In this document: positions 33,660 to 41,986 of the stretch, piece by piece
Layout of the letters: each line of letters starts with the position of its first letter
How positions within the stretch are numbered: position 1 is the first letter of the stretch
Source of the DNA: an uncultured Planctomycetota bacterium
Lineage (GTDB): Bacteria; Planctomycetota; PLA2; JAEUHO01
NCBI GenBank assembly: GCA_963752285.1
Contig: CAVVXN010000005.1
Coordinates: 1,501,742-1,565,741, forward strand
Length of the DNA: 64,000 bases
Reading direction: 5' to 3'
The notes under the pieces: generated by a model
What the model saw: only the letters and a program-made list of their open reading frames with translations
Told to the model about the DNA's origin: nothing
Databases searched by the model: none
Program-made: the position numbers and the translations under genes

Positions 33660-34865
33660 ATGGAGTGGCGATCGGCGATCTCGACCGGGCCGGAGCTGGA
33701 CCGCGTGATCGACGAGGTCCTCTCGGGTCTCGCGGACGCCGGGGGCCTGGGGCCGGACCGGCCCGCCGACCTCGCGTTCTGCTTCGTGGGGATGGAGCAC
33801 CGCGGGGGCGTGGAGCACCTCCTCGAGCGCCTCGCCGTCGGTCTCGGGCGACCCGCGCTCCTCGGCTGCACGGCCAGCGGCGTGATCGCCGCCGGGCGGG
33901 AGCTCGAGTACGCGCCGGCGCTCGCGGTGCTCGCCGGCCGACTGCCGGGCGCGGCCGTGCACGCCTTCCACCTGACGGAAGCGGACCTCCCCGACGCCGA
34001 CGCGTCGCCGCGGGCGTGGCACGAGGCGCTCGGCGTGTCGCCCGCCGACGAGCCGTCGTTCGTGGTGGTCCCGGACCCCCTCACGTTCCCGGCGGACCGT
34101 CTCCTCGCGGGGCTCGACTACGCCTGGCCGGGCGCCGTGACCCTCGGCGCGCTCGCGAGCGGCGCCACGCGGCCCGGGGCGCAGGCACTCTTCCTCGGCC
34201 CGCGCGTGCTCCGCGGCGGGGCGGTCGGCGTCGCGTTGATGGGTGACGTCGCGCTCCGGCCCGCGGTCGCGCAGGGGTGCCGTCCGCTCGGCCCCTCGCT
34301 CGTCGTCACCGCGTGCGACGGACCGATGCTCACGGGTCTCGACGACACGACCGCACTCGCGGCGCTCCGCCGGACCCTCGAGGACGCCGCGCGGGCCGGC
34401 GAGGGGTTGGAGGGGCGGCCCCTGCTCGTCGGGGTGGGCGTGGACCCCTTCACGGAGACGGAGGAGGGCCCCTGGCTCGTGCGGCCCGTGCTCGGGATGG
34501 ACGCACGGGCGGAGGCGCTCGTGGTGGGCGCGTCCCTCGCACGGGGCCGTCGCATCCGGTTCCACCTGCGCGACAAGAAGACGAGCCACGACGACCTCGA
34601 GCGCACGCTCGCCGGCGTGGACCGCGCGGTCGGCGCGTCGCCACGGGCCGCCCTCCTCTTCTCGTGCGTGGGTCGAGGGACGCCGCTCTATGGCCGGCCC
34701 GACCACGACTCCGAGCGTCTCCGCGCCCGGTTCGGCGACCTCCCGATCGGCGGGTTCTTCGGCCACGGCGAGATCGGACCCGTGGGACGTCAGACCTACC
34801 TGCACGGATTCACGTCGGCGATCGCGTTGATCGAACGTCGCGCCGACCGATCGCCGACCGCGTAG
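33660..34865 (+). CDS. FIST (N plus C) domain sensory protein
   Basis: 401 aa. ADLAFCFVG.. and GCTASGVIA form the FIST_N-like part. ALLFSCVGRG..LYG....D and GFFGHGEIGPV form the FIST_C-like part. Confidence 0.7.
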   Translation: MEWRSAISTGPELDRVIDEVLSGLADAGGLGPDRPADLAFCFVGMEHRGGVEHLLERLAVGLGRPALLGCTASGVIAAGRELEYAPALAVLAGRLPGAAVHAFHLTEADLPDADASPRAWHEALGVSPADEPSFVVVPDPLTFPADRLLAGLDYAWPGAVTLGALASGATRPGAQALFLGPRVLRGGAVGVALMGDVALRPAVAQGCRPLGPSLVVTACDGPMLTGLDDTTALAALRRTLEDAARAGEGLEGRPLLVGVGVDPFTETEEGPWLVRPVLGMDARAEALVVGASLARGRRIRFHLRDKKTSHDDLERTLAGVDRAVGASPRAALLFSCVGRGTPLYGRPDHDSERLRARFGDLPIGGFFGHGEIGPVGRQTYLHGFTSAIALIERRADRSPTA

Positions 34866-34907
34866 AATCCCGCGTCCGGGGCGCGCTCCGTCCCGGGGGA
34901 GGCGACG

Positions 34908-35405
34908 ATGGCGACGATCACGTTGAAGGGGACCCCCTACCAGACGGTCGGCAACCTGCCGGAGATCGGCGAGGTCGTGCCGGCCTTCGAGCTGGTCCGC
35001 CAGGACCTCGCGGTCGTCACGCTCGCGACGTACGGGGGGAAGAAGAAGGTGCTGAACGTCTTCCCGAGCCTCGACACGGCGGTGTGCGCGCTCTCCGTGA
35101 AGCGGTTCAACGAGAGGGCCGGGTCCCGACCGGGCGTCGCGGTGCTCGACATCTCGGCCGACCTACCCTTCGCGGCGAAGCGGTTCTGCGTGTCCGAGGG
35201 GATCGCCGGCGTCGAGACGCTCTCGACGTTTCGGAGCCGCTTCGCCGAGGACTACGGCGTGCTCATCACCACCGGCCCCCTCGCCGGCCTCTGCTCGCGG
35301 GCCGTCCTGGTGCTCGACGAGGGGAACCGCGTCCGGTACGCGGAGCAGGTCCCGGAGATCGCACAGGAGCCCGACTACGACGCGGCCCTCGCCGCGCTCG
35401 ACTGA
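34908..35405 (+). CDS. tpx: Thiol peroxidase (atypical 2-Cys peroxiredoxin)
   Basis: 165 aa, VLNVFPSLDTAVCA, DLPFAAKRFC, RAVLVLDEGNRVRYAEQV. Tpx signature. GGAGG SD 6 nt upstream. Confidence 0.9.
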   Translation: MATITLKGTPYQTVGNLPEIGEVVPAFELVRQDLAVVTLATYGGKKKVLNVFPSLDTAVCALSVKRFNERAGSRPGVAVLDISADLPFAAKRFCVSEGIAGVETLSTFRSRFAEDYGVLITTGPLAGLCSRAVLVLDEGNRVRYAEQVPEIAQEPDYDAALAALD

Positions 35406-35482
35406 CGCGCTCCTCGCACCCCGGGGCCGGTTCGCGACGCTCGCCGCGCCGGTATCGTGCCGGCTCCCGCGCGGAGAGCCCC

Positions 35483-36199
35483 ATGGACGAGTCGGCGGCC
35501 GCTCGGCCGTCCCGAGCGCGTTGGTGGGTGCGCGTCGAGGACGCGGTCCTCGCCGTCTGGGTGGCCGTCGTCGCGCCCGCGCTGTTCGCGAGCGGGCCCG
35601 CCCCCGCCGGCCCGTTCGAGCCCGGACGGCCGATCGACGGCTTGCTGGGCCTCGGCGCGGTGCTCGGCGTCGCCGTGTGCCTCGCGCTGCGCCGTCCGGA
35701 CGCCCCGCAGGGGCGGGGCTCCTCCTCGTGGGGCGCGGTCGGACCACTCGTGGGCGGGCTCCTCCTGGTCGTCGTGCACGCGACGACCTCGCTCGGCATG
35801 TCGGGTGGTCTCGTCTTCGCGACGGCGCTCGTGTTCGCCGCCGTCGCGCTCGTCGCCCGGCGACGGTGGCCCGCGCCGTCCGCGGCGTTCCGGCGCGCGC
35901 TCGTCACGCCGTACCTCGCGGTGGCCGGCGGCATGTTCTGGGACGTGATCGCGGGCGTCACCTCGGGCGGCGAGCTGCCCGCGCAGATCCGCCGCGCCGC
36001 CGCCTCCGACCTCGGTGCGGTGCTCCCGATCGTCGGGTTCCTCCTCCTGTACTCGGCGGTCCACTACGCGATGCTCGTCTTCGCCCCGCGCCAGGTCGCG
36101 GAGCGCGAGGGCGGCGTGGTCGTCTGGTTGGTGCGCTACGCCGTCTTCGCCGCGAGCCTGCTCCTCGGCGCGGGATGGCTCGTCGTGCTCGCCGGCTGA
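35483..36199 (+). CDS. Hypothetical integral membrane protein
   Basis: In-frame ATG at 35483 with a GGAGAG SD. 238 aa with about 6 hydrophobic segments. No recognisable family. Confidence 0.5.
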   Translation: MDESAAARPSRARWWVRVEDAVLAVWVAVVAPALFASGPAPAGPFEPGRPIDGLLGLGAVLGVAVCLALRRPDAPQGRGSSSWGAVGPLVGGLLLVVVHATTSLGMSGGLVFATALVFAAVALVARRRWPAPSAAFRRALVTPYLAVAGGMFWDVIAGVTSGGELPAQIRRAAASDLGAVLPIVGFLLLYSAVHYAMLVFAPRQVAEREGGVVVWLVRYAVFAASLLLGAGWLVVLAG

Positions 36200-36215
36200 T
36201 CCCCCGGCCGGACGC

Positions 36216-37616
36216 TCACCGGGCGAGGTTTTGGTTCACGTAGCCGGGCTCGCCGGTGACGTCGCGGACGACGTACGGGGCGAGCCAGGGCGGAAACGTC
36301 ACCGCCTCGTCGGGACGCTCGAGCTCGATCTCTGCGAGCACGAGATCGCGGTCGAGGAACTCGTCCACCTCCCACGTGCGCGCGCCGGACGGGACGCGGT
36401 GCCGCCGCTTTCGAACCCGCGCGCCCTCCGTCAGCGGCCACAGGGCCTCGAACACGACCGCCGAGGTCTCCTCCTCCCACTCGGACCGCACGACGCCGCT
36501 TCCCGCCTTGATCGTGCGCGTGCAGGTCGTGGTCGCGCCGCGGCGGGCGCGGCGCACCCGTTCGCGCACGGTCCGCCCGGGAAGCCAGCCCTGGTCGATC
36601 TCGATCGCCTCCGCGTCCGAGGGCAGGTCGGGGAGGGAGGAGAGGAGGTACTTCCGTTCGATCTCGCGCGGGGGCGCCCCCGCGCGCAGGAGCGCCGCCG
36701 CGAGGTCGTCCACCCGTCCGAGGAGCGAGGGGAGGAGGTCCTCCTCCCCACCCGCGCGCCCGTGTGACCGGAGCTCCTCGAAGAGCCGCCGCGCCCGCTC
36801 GCGGCACCGGAGGAGGAGCGCCTCCGCGCCCGTGCGCTCGCCGGCGGCCAGGTCGGTGGCCCACCGCACGAGCGAGTCCTCGAGGACGTGCGCGTCGTGG
36901 AGGTCGCCGAGGACGTCCTGGAGGACCCTCAGGCGCTCGACGACGGCGTCGGCCTCCGGCAAGCGCCCGGCGGCCGGCTCGACCAGGTAGCGCAGTCGTT
37001 TCGCGAGGATCCGCGCGCGGTGGACCCGGCGGCGGTCCTCCGCGTCCTCGATCGCGAGGAGCTTCTTCGCCACCTTCCGCGCGGCCGCGCGCGCCTTCGG
37101 CGCGAGCGCGGTCGCGTACGTCGGGGGCGAGCCCCCGCCGTCGAGGCGCACCTCGACGCGGTAGCGCGCGAGGCGCCGCCGGAGCGCCTCTTCGATGGCG
37201 GAGAACCGCGCGGACCAGACGCCCGCCCCCGCCTCGGCGGCCCCGGCCCGCAGCCGACGGAGGCGCTCGGCGTACGCCTCACACCCGGGGCGCTCCTCCG
37301 AGTCGAGGTCGTCCTCCACCGTCCGCACCCACGCGAGCTGGACCTCGGCGTCGCGCCCCGCGCCCGTCTCGTCCTGGAACGCGCCAAGGGCGTCGCGACG
37401 GCGGCGCCCGACGTTCTCGAGGTCGCGCCGCCACGCCCGAAGCGTCGTACGGACCCGGCGGACCGCTACGCGGAGGTCGTGGAGCGCCGACGGGTCGTCC
37501 GTGTCGGCGAGACGACCGGCCGCGGCGCGCGCCTGGGCGAGCGACGCGAGCGCGACGCGGCGCGCGGCCTCCACGGCGGGGCGCAGGAGCAGGTCGCGGG
37601 GGAGGTCGTCGTCCAC
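36216..37616 (-). CDS. CHAD domain (N-terminal) fused to a CYTH triphosphate-tunnel domain (C-terminal)
   Basis: 466 aa. CHAD-like histidine/arginine helices (ALHDLRVAVRRVRTTLR, VHRARILAKRLRYLVE, LQDVLGDLHDAHV). The C-terminal ~155 aa start EIERKYLL (the CYTH ExExK motif) and end VTGEPGYVNQNLA. Confidence 0.8.
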   Translation of the reverse strand: MDDDLPRDLLLRPAVEAARRVALASLAQARAAAGRLADTDDPSALHDLRVAVRRVRTTLRAWRRDLENVGRRRRDALGAFQDETGAGRDAEVQLAWVRTVEDDLDSEERPGCEAYAERLRRLRAGAAEAGAGVWSARFSAIEEALRRRLARYRVEVRLDGGGSPPTYATALAPKARAAARKVAKKLLAIEDAEDRRRVHRARILAKRLRYLVEPAAGRLPEADAVVERLRVLQDVLGDLHDAHVLEDSLVRWATDLAAGERTGAEALLLRCRERARRLFEELRSHGRAGGEEDLLPSLLGRVDDLAAALLRAGAPPREIERKYLLSSLPDLPSDAEAIEIDQGWLPGRTVRERVRRARRGATTTCTRTIKAGSGVVRSEWEEETSAVVFEALWPLTEGARVRKRRHRVPSGARTWEVDEFLDRDLVLAEIELERPDEAVTFPPWLAPYVVRDVTGEPGYVNQNLAR

Positions 37617-37635
37617 CGTCCGCGCCCTCCGGCTC

Positions 37636-40600
37636 TCAGGCCCACCGCACGAGGCGGTGGAGTGTCAGGTCGAGCCCCGTGGTCTCGCGCGGGCGGACGC
37701 GCAGCCCCCAGCGGTACGGGCCCGGTCGTTCGAGGCGGAGGCGTCCCTCGTAGCGGTGGACGCCGTTCGCTCCGGGTCCCCGCGCGTCGAGGCGCCGCAC
37801 GGTGAGGCTCTGCAAGTGGTCCGTCTCTTCGCTCTCGGACGATCTCGCGAGCACGAGCTCGACCGAGACGTCCGTCGGCCGGAGACCGTTCAGGGACAGG
37901 TCCACCTCCGCGTCCACGTAGTCGCCGACGCCCACGCCCTCCAGGTTGCCGATGCGCGTCGCCGCGATCCGCACCTCGTCCATCGCGTCGCGGAGCCGGC
38001 GGTGCTCGGCGGCCAGGGCCCGCGCGGCGGCGTAGCGACGGGACGAGAGGCGGGCGTGGTTCGCCGCGAGCGGACCGTAGGCCCGCCGCGCGTACTCCGA
38101 GACCATGCGGTCGGTGTCGAACACGGGCGGGATCGTGGCGAGCGCGTGCTTCACCCGCTCGACCCAGCGCCGCGGCACCCGGCCCTCGCGGTCGAAGAAC
38201 GACGGCACCACCTCCGCCTCCAGCAGCGAGAAGATCGCCGACGCCTCGATCTCGTCCGCCGACGCGCGGTCGGCCGCCTCGGCGACGCCGTCGAGGGCCC
38301 AGCCGTTCATGCCGTCGTGGCCCTCCACCCACCACCCGTCGAGGACGGAGAGGTTGAGCCCGCCGTTCGCCGCCACCTTCATCCCCGACGTGCCGCTCGC
38401 CTCCAACGGAGGGATGGGATGGTTCAGCCACACGTCCGCGCCCTGCACGAGGAGGCGCGCGAGCGAGAGGTCGTAGTTGGGGACGAAGAACACCCTTCCG
38501 CGCAGCCGCGGGTCGCGCGTCGCCGCGACGACGGCACGCACGAGGCCCTGTCCGAGCCCGTCGTCCGGGTGCGCCTTGCCCGCGAAGACGAGGCGGACGG
38601 GGCGGTCCTCGTCGCCGAGCAAGCGCGCCAGGCGGTCGGGGTCGCCGAGGAGCAGCGTGGGGCGCTTGTAGGGCGAGAAGCGCCGCGCGAACACGAGGTA
38701 CAGCGCGTCCGACCGGAGCCCCTCCCGCTCGCGCGCGATCTTCCTCGCCTCGCCCCGGGCGAGCGCGGCGGCCTCGAGGCGCTGGCCGAGACCGTCGAGC
38801 ATCCGCTCCCGGGCCCGGCAGCGCGCGGTCCACACGGCCTCGTCCGGGAGACCCGGAGCGCCTGCGAAATCGGCGGCCGTGACCGCGCGGCCCTCCGCAC
38901 CGAGCAGGCTCGCGATCTCCGGGCTCGTCCACGTCGGCAGGTGGATCCCGTTCGTGATCGACTCGACGGGGAGCTCGTTCTCGAGGAGGCCCGGCCAGAA
39001 CGGGTGCAGCAGCCGCCGCGAGACCTCGCCGTGCCGGCGGCTCACGCCGTTGATCCACGACGCGAACGACATGGCGAGGTACGTCATGTTGAAGGGGCCG
39101 CCCTGGCCGGGCGCGCGGCCCGAGGCGAGGAACCGCTCCCACGACAGGCCCGTCCACGCGGGCGTGTCGCCGAAGTGACGACGCACGAGGTCTTCGTCGA
39201 AGGTGTCGTGTCCGGCGGGGACGGGTGTGTGCGTGGTGAACGCCGTGGTCGCGCGCACGACGGCCCACGCCTCGTCCGGCGCGAGGTTCTCCTCGTGCAC
39301 GAGGTGCGCGACGCGCTCGAGCGGCGCGAAGCCGGCGTGCCCCTCGTTCAGGTGCAGCACGGCAGGGTCGAGCCCGAGGCGGCCGAGGAGCCGGATGCCG
39401 CCCTTGCCGAGGAGGATCTCCTGCAGGAGGCGGTGCTCGCGGTCGCCCGAGTAGAGGCGACGCGTGAGCTCGCGGTCCGCGGGCCGGTTGTCGGGCTGGT
39501 CCGCGTCCAGGAGGTAGAGCGGGACGCGCCCGACGTCCGCGCGCCAGGCGAAGAGAACGACCTGCCGGTCGAGGAGGCCGACCTCGACCTGGAGCGGCTC
39601 GCCGTCGGCGCCGCGGACCCGCCGGAGCGGGAGCTCCCTCGGGTCGTCGTGCGAGGCGCGGGTCAGCGCCTCGCCGTGCGGCGAGATCTCCTGCTCGCCG
39701 TAGCCGCCGCGGTAGAGGAGCCCCACCGCGACGAGCGGGAGGTCGAGGTCGGAAGCCGACTTCAGGTGGTCGCCGGCGAGCACGCCGAGACCGCCGGCGT
39801 AGCCGTGGAGCGACGGATGGAGCGCGTACTCGAACGAGAAGTACGCGACCGGGCGCTTGCGGTCGAGCACCGCGCCCTCGCCGAGGTCCACCTCGGCGCG
39901 CGCGCTCGAGACGTACGCGTCGAAGCGGCCGACGACCGCGGCGAGCCGCGCGCAGAACGCCGCGTCCGCCGCGAGGGCCTCGAGGCGCTCGGGGAGGACG
40001 CGGTCGAGCAGCGCGAGCGGGTTCGCCTGCGTGCGCGTCCAGAGTTCCGGGTCGATCCCTCGGAACAGCGCGCGCGCGTCCACGTCCCACGTCCACCACA
40101 GGTTCCGCGCCAGGCGGTCCAGGTCGGCGAGGGCCGCGGGCAGCCGGGCCTCGACCCGGAACGGGACGAGGCGGGGTCGGGGGCTCTCCGCGAGGGGCTG
40201 CGGCGTCAACGACACGCGCCGGCGCTGCGGCACGAGCGGCTCGCGCGCGCCGCGGTCGCGCGCCAGGTCGAGCGCGTGGTCGAACGCGTCCTGGTAGAAG
40301 AGGACCAGGTCGGACCAGGCGAGCTGGCGTGCGGTCCTCCGGCACGCGGCGGCGATCTTCTCGCGGTCGGGCGCGCTCTCTGTCCGGCGCTCGATCACGT
40401 CCGCGAGGTCCTTCGCCGCATCCGCGTCCGAGCGCTCGTAGCGCGCGAGCACGTGGACGCCCGCGTCCTCGCCGAGCCCCTCCTGCGCGGCCCAGCCGCC
40501 GAACCCCGCGCAGTCGGTCGTCACGGTCGGGACGCCCACCGCGATGCACTCGGCGGGCGTGTAGCCCCACGGCTCGTAGAACGAGGGGTAGGCGCCGAGG

Positions 40601-41859
40601 TCCATCGCCTTGAGCACGGTCTCGTACGGCAGGTCCAGGAGGCCGTCGTGCCCGTCGAGGTACACGGGGACCTGCACGATCTTCACGCGCCGTCCCGTCT
40701 CGTTTCGCAGGCCGAGCTCACGCGCGAGGGCCTGGACGGGGTCGCGGTCCGCGTCCACGAGGTCGTGGGTCGAGAGCCCGAGCGGGGCCGCGGGCTCGAG
40801 CCCCGGGTCCTGGACGCGGTCCTTCACGTCGCGCTTGAGCCCGGTCGTGCTCGAGGGAACGAGGAGGAACGCGACGATCGGCCGGCCGGCCGCGCCGTCG
40901 AGCCGTGCGAGCGCCTGGAGCAGGAGGTCGATGCCCTTGTTGTGCACCTCGTAGCGGCCCGAGATGCACACGTAGAAGGCGTCCTTCGCGTCCTCGCCCG
41001 TGACCGCGTACGCGACCTGGCGGAGCCGCGCGCGCACGTCGTCGAACGGCGCCGCGGAGGCGAGCTGGTCGATCACGTCCAGGTCGAGGCCGTTCGGCAG
41101 GAGCGGCACGGGCTCGCGCCGGTGGAACAGGCGGGCCTCCTCGGCGGTGATGCGGCTGACCGTCGAGAAGACGTCCGCGGCGCGGGCCGCGGATCCCTCC
41201 ATGGAGTGCTTCGAGCTGACCCCCTGCTCCTTCGCGACCTCCTCCGGCGTCTTGCCGTCGAGTCCCAGCACGGGCACGCGGCCCGCGCTGGCCAGGGCCC
41301 GGCCGAGCACCGTCGCGTGGGTCAAGAACACCGTGCCGACCGCGGGGAGGTGCTCCTTCAGGTAGAGCATGCCCGCGCCGCTCATCCACTCGTGGAAGAG
41401 CGCGACGGCGGGAAGGCGCCGTGGCGCGACGACCTCGTGCCACCAGCGGTCGAGCGCGATGCCCGCCGCGTGGGCGAAGAGGACGGGCTCGACGTAGTCC
41501 CAGCCTCCGAAGAGGGAGTCCACGCCGTAGCGCTCCCAGAGGCCCGCGAGGATCGTGTCCTTCAGCGCGAAGAGTCCGGAGAAGCCCACCAGGATCGTGC
41601 GCGGGCGCCCCGCGATCAGCCAGCGGCCCACGCGCGCCTCGACGCCCGCCTCGCGGCACGCCTCGCGCACCTCCTCGAAGCCCGGTTCCTCCTCGAAGGG
41701 CACGCGCCGCGTCCGGTCGTCGCCGAGGAGCGGCCCGATCGCCACGTAGTCGTCGCCGTGGCGCGCGACCATCGTGGGCGCGCGACTCGCGACGACGGTG
41801 TGGATCCCGCCGACCTTGTTCGCGACCTCCCAGCTCACCTCGAAGACCGCGTGGCTCAC
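37636..41859 (-). CDS. Fusion protein: eukaryote-type (GT3-like) glycogen synthase plus alpha-glucan phosphorylase (GT35)
   Basis: Uninterrupted 1407-aa ORF starting with GTG. N-terminus FEVSWEVANKVGGIHTV (GT3 glycogen-synthase signature, not the GlgA KTGGL type). The C-terminal half has NLWWTWD, YFSFEYALH, GGLGVLAGDHLKSASD, HLNEGHAGF and EASGTSGMK (PLP-lysine motif). The linker lies around 40170-40260. Confidence 0.85.
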   Translation of the reverse strand: MSHAVFEVSWEVANKVGGIHTVVASRAPTMVARHGDDYVAIGPLLGDDRTRRVPFEEEPGFEEVREACREAGVEARVGRWLIAGRPRTILVGFSGLFALKDTILAGLWERYGVDSLFGGWDYVEPVLFAHAAGIALDRWWHEVVAPRRLPAVALFHEWMSGAGMLYLKEHLPAVGTVFLTHATVLGRALASAGRVPVLGLDGKTPEEVAKEQGVSSKHSMEGSAARAADVFSTVSRITAEEARLFHRREPVPLLPNGLDLDVIDQLASAAPFDDVRARLRQVAYAVTGEDAKDAFYVCISGRYEVHNKGIDLLLQALARLDGAAGRPIVAFLLVPSSTTGLKRDVKDRVQDPGLEPAAPLGLSTHDLVDADRDPVQALARELGLRNETGRRVKIVQVPVYLDGHDGLLDLPYETVLKAMDLGAYPSFYEPWGYTPAECIAVGVPTVTTDCAGFGGWAAQEGLGEDAGVHVLARYERSDADAAKDLADVIERRTESAPDREKIAAACRRTARQLAWSDLVLFYQDAFDHALDLARDRGAREPLVPQRRRVSLTPQPLAESPRPRLVPFRVEARLPAALADLDRLARNLWWTWDVDARALFRGIDPELWTRTQANPLALLDRVLPERLEALAADAAFCARLAAVVGRFDAYVSSARAEVDLGEGAVLDRKRPVAYFSFEYALHPSLHGYAGGLGVLAGDHLKSASDLDLPLVAVGLLYRGGYGEQEISPHGEALTRASHDDPRELPLRRVRGADGEPLQVEVGLLDRQVVLFAWRADVGRVPLYLLDADQPDNRPADRELTRRLYSGDREHRLLQEILLGKGGIRLLGRLGLDPAVLHLNEGHAGFAPLERVAHLVHEENLAPDEAWAVVRATTAFTTHTPVPAGHDTFDEDLVRRHFGDTPAWTGLSWERFLASGRAPGQGGPFNMTYLAMSFASWINGVSRRHGEVSRRLLHPFWPGLLENELPVESITNGIHLPTWTSPEIASLLGAEGRAVTAADFAGAPGLPDEAVWTARCRARERMLDGLGQRLEAAALARGEARKIAREREGLRSDALYLVFARRFSPYKRPTLLLGDPDRLARLLGDEDRPVRLVFAGKAHPDDGLGQGLVRAVVAATRDPRLRGRVFFVPNYDLSLARLLVQGADVWLNHPIPPLEASGTSGMKVAANGGLNLSVLDGWWVEGHDGMNGWALDGVAEAADRASADEIEASAIFSLLEAEVVPSFFDREGRVPRRWVERVKHALATIPPVFDTDRMVSEYARRAYGPLAANHARLSSRRYAAARALAAEHRRLRDAMDEVRIAATRIGNLEGVGVGDYVDAEVDLSLNGLRPTDVSVELVLARSSESEETDHLQSLTVRRLDARGPGANGVHRYEGRLRLERPGPYRWGLRVRPRETTGLDLTLHRLVRWA

Positions 41860-41986
41860 GGGCGCGCTCCATACCCCCCCCGAGGGTCCGGGACGCTCGA
41901 GGGGAACGGAGCGGAGGAGCGGAGCGCGCGGCGCGCCACGCGCGCGCTCGTCCGCACCAGGGACACCCGTCGCCGCGCGGAGAGCT

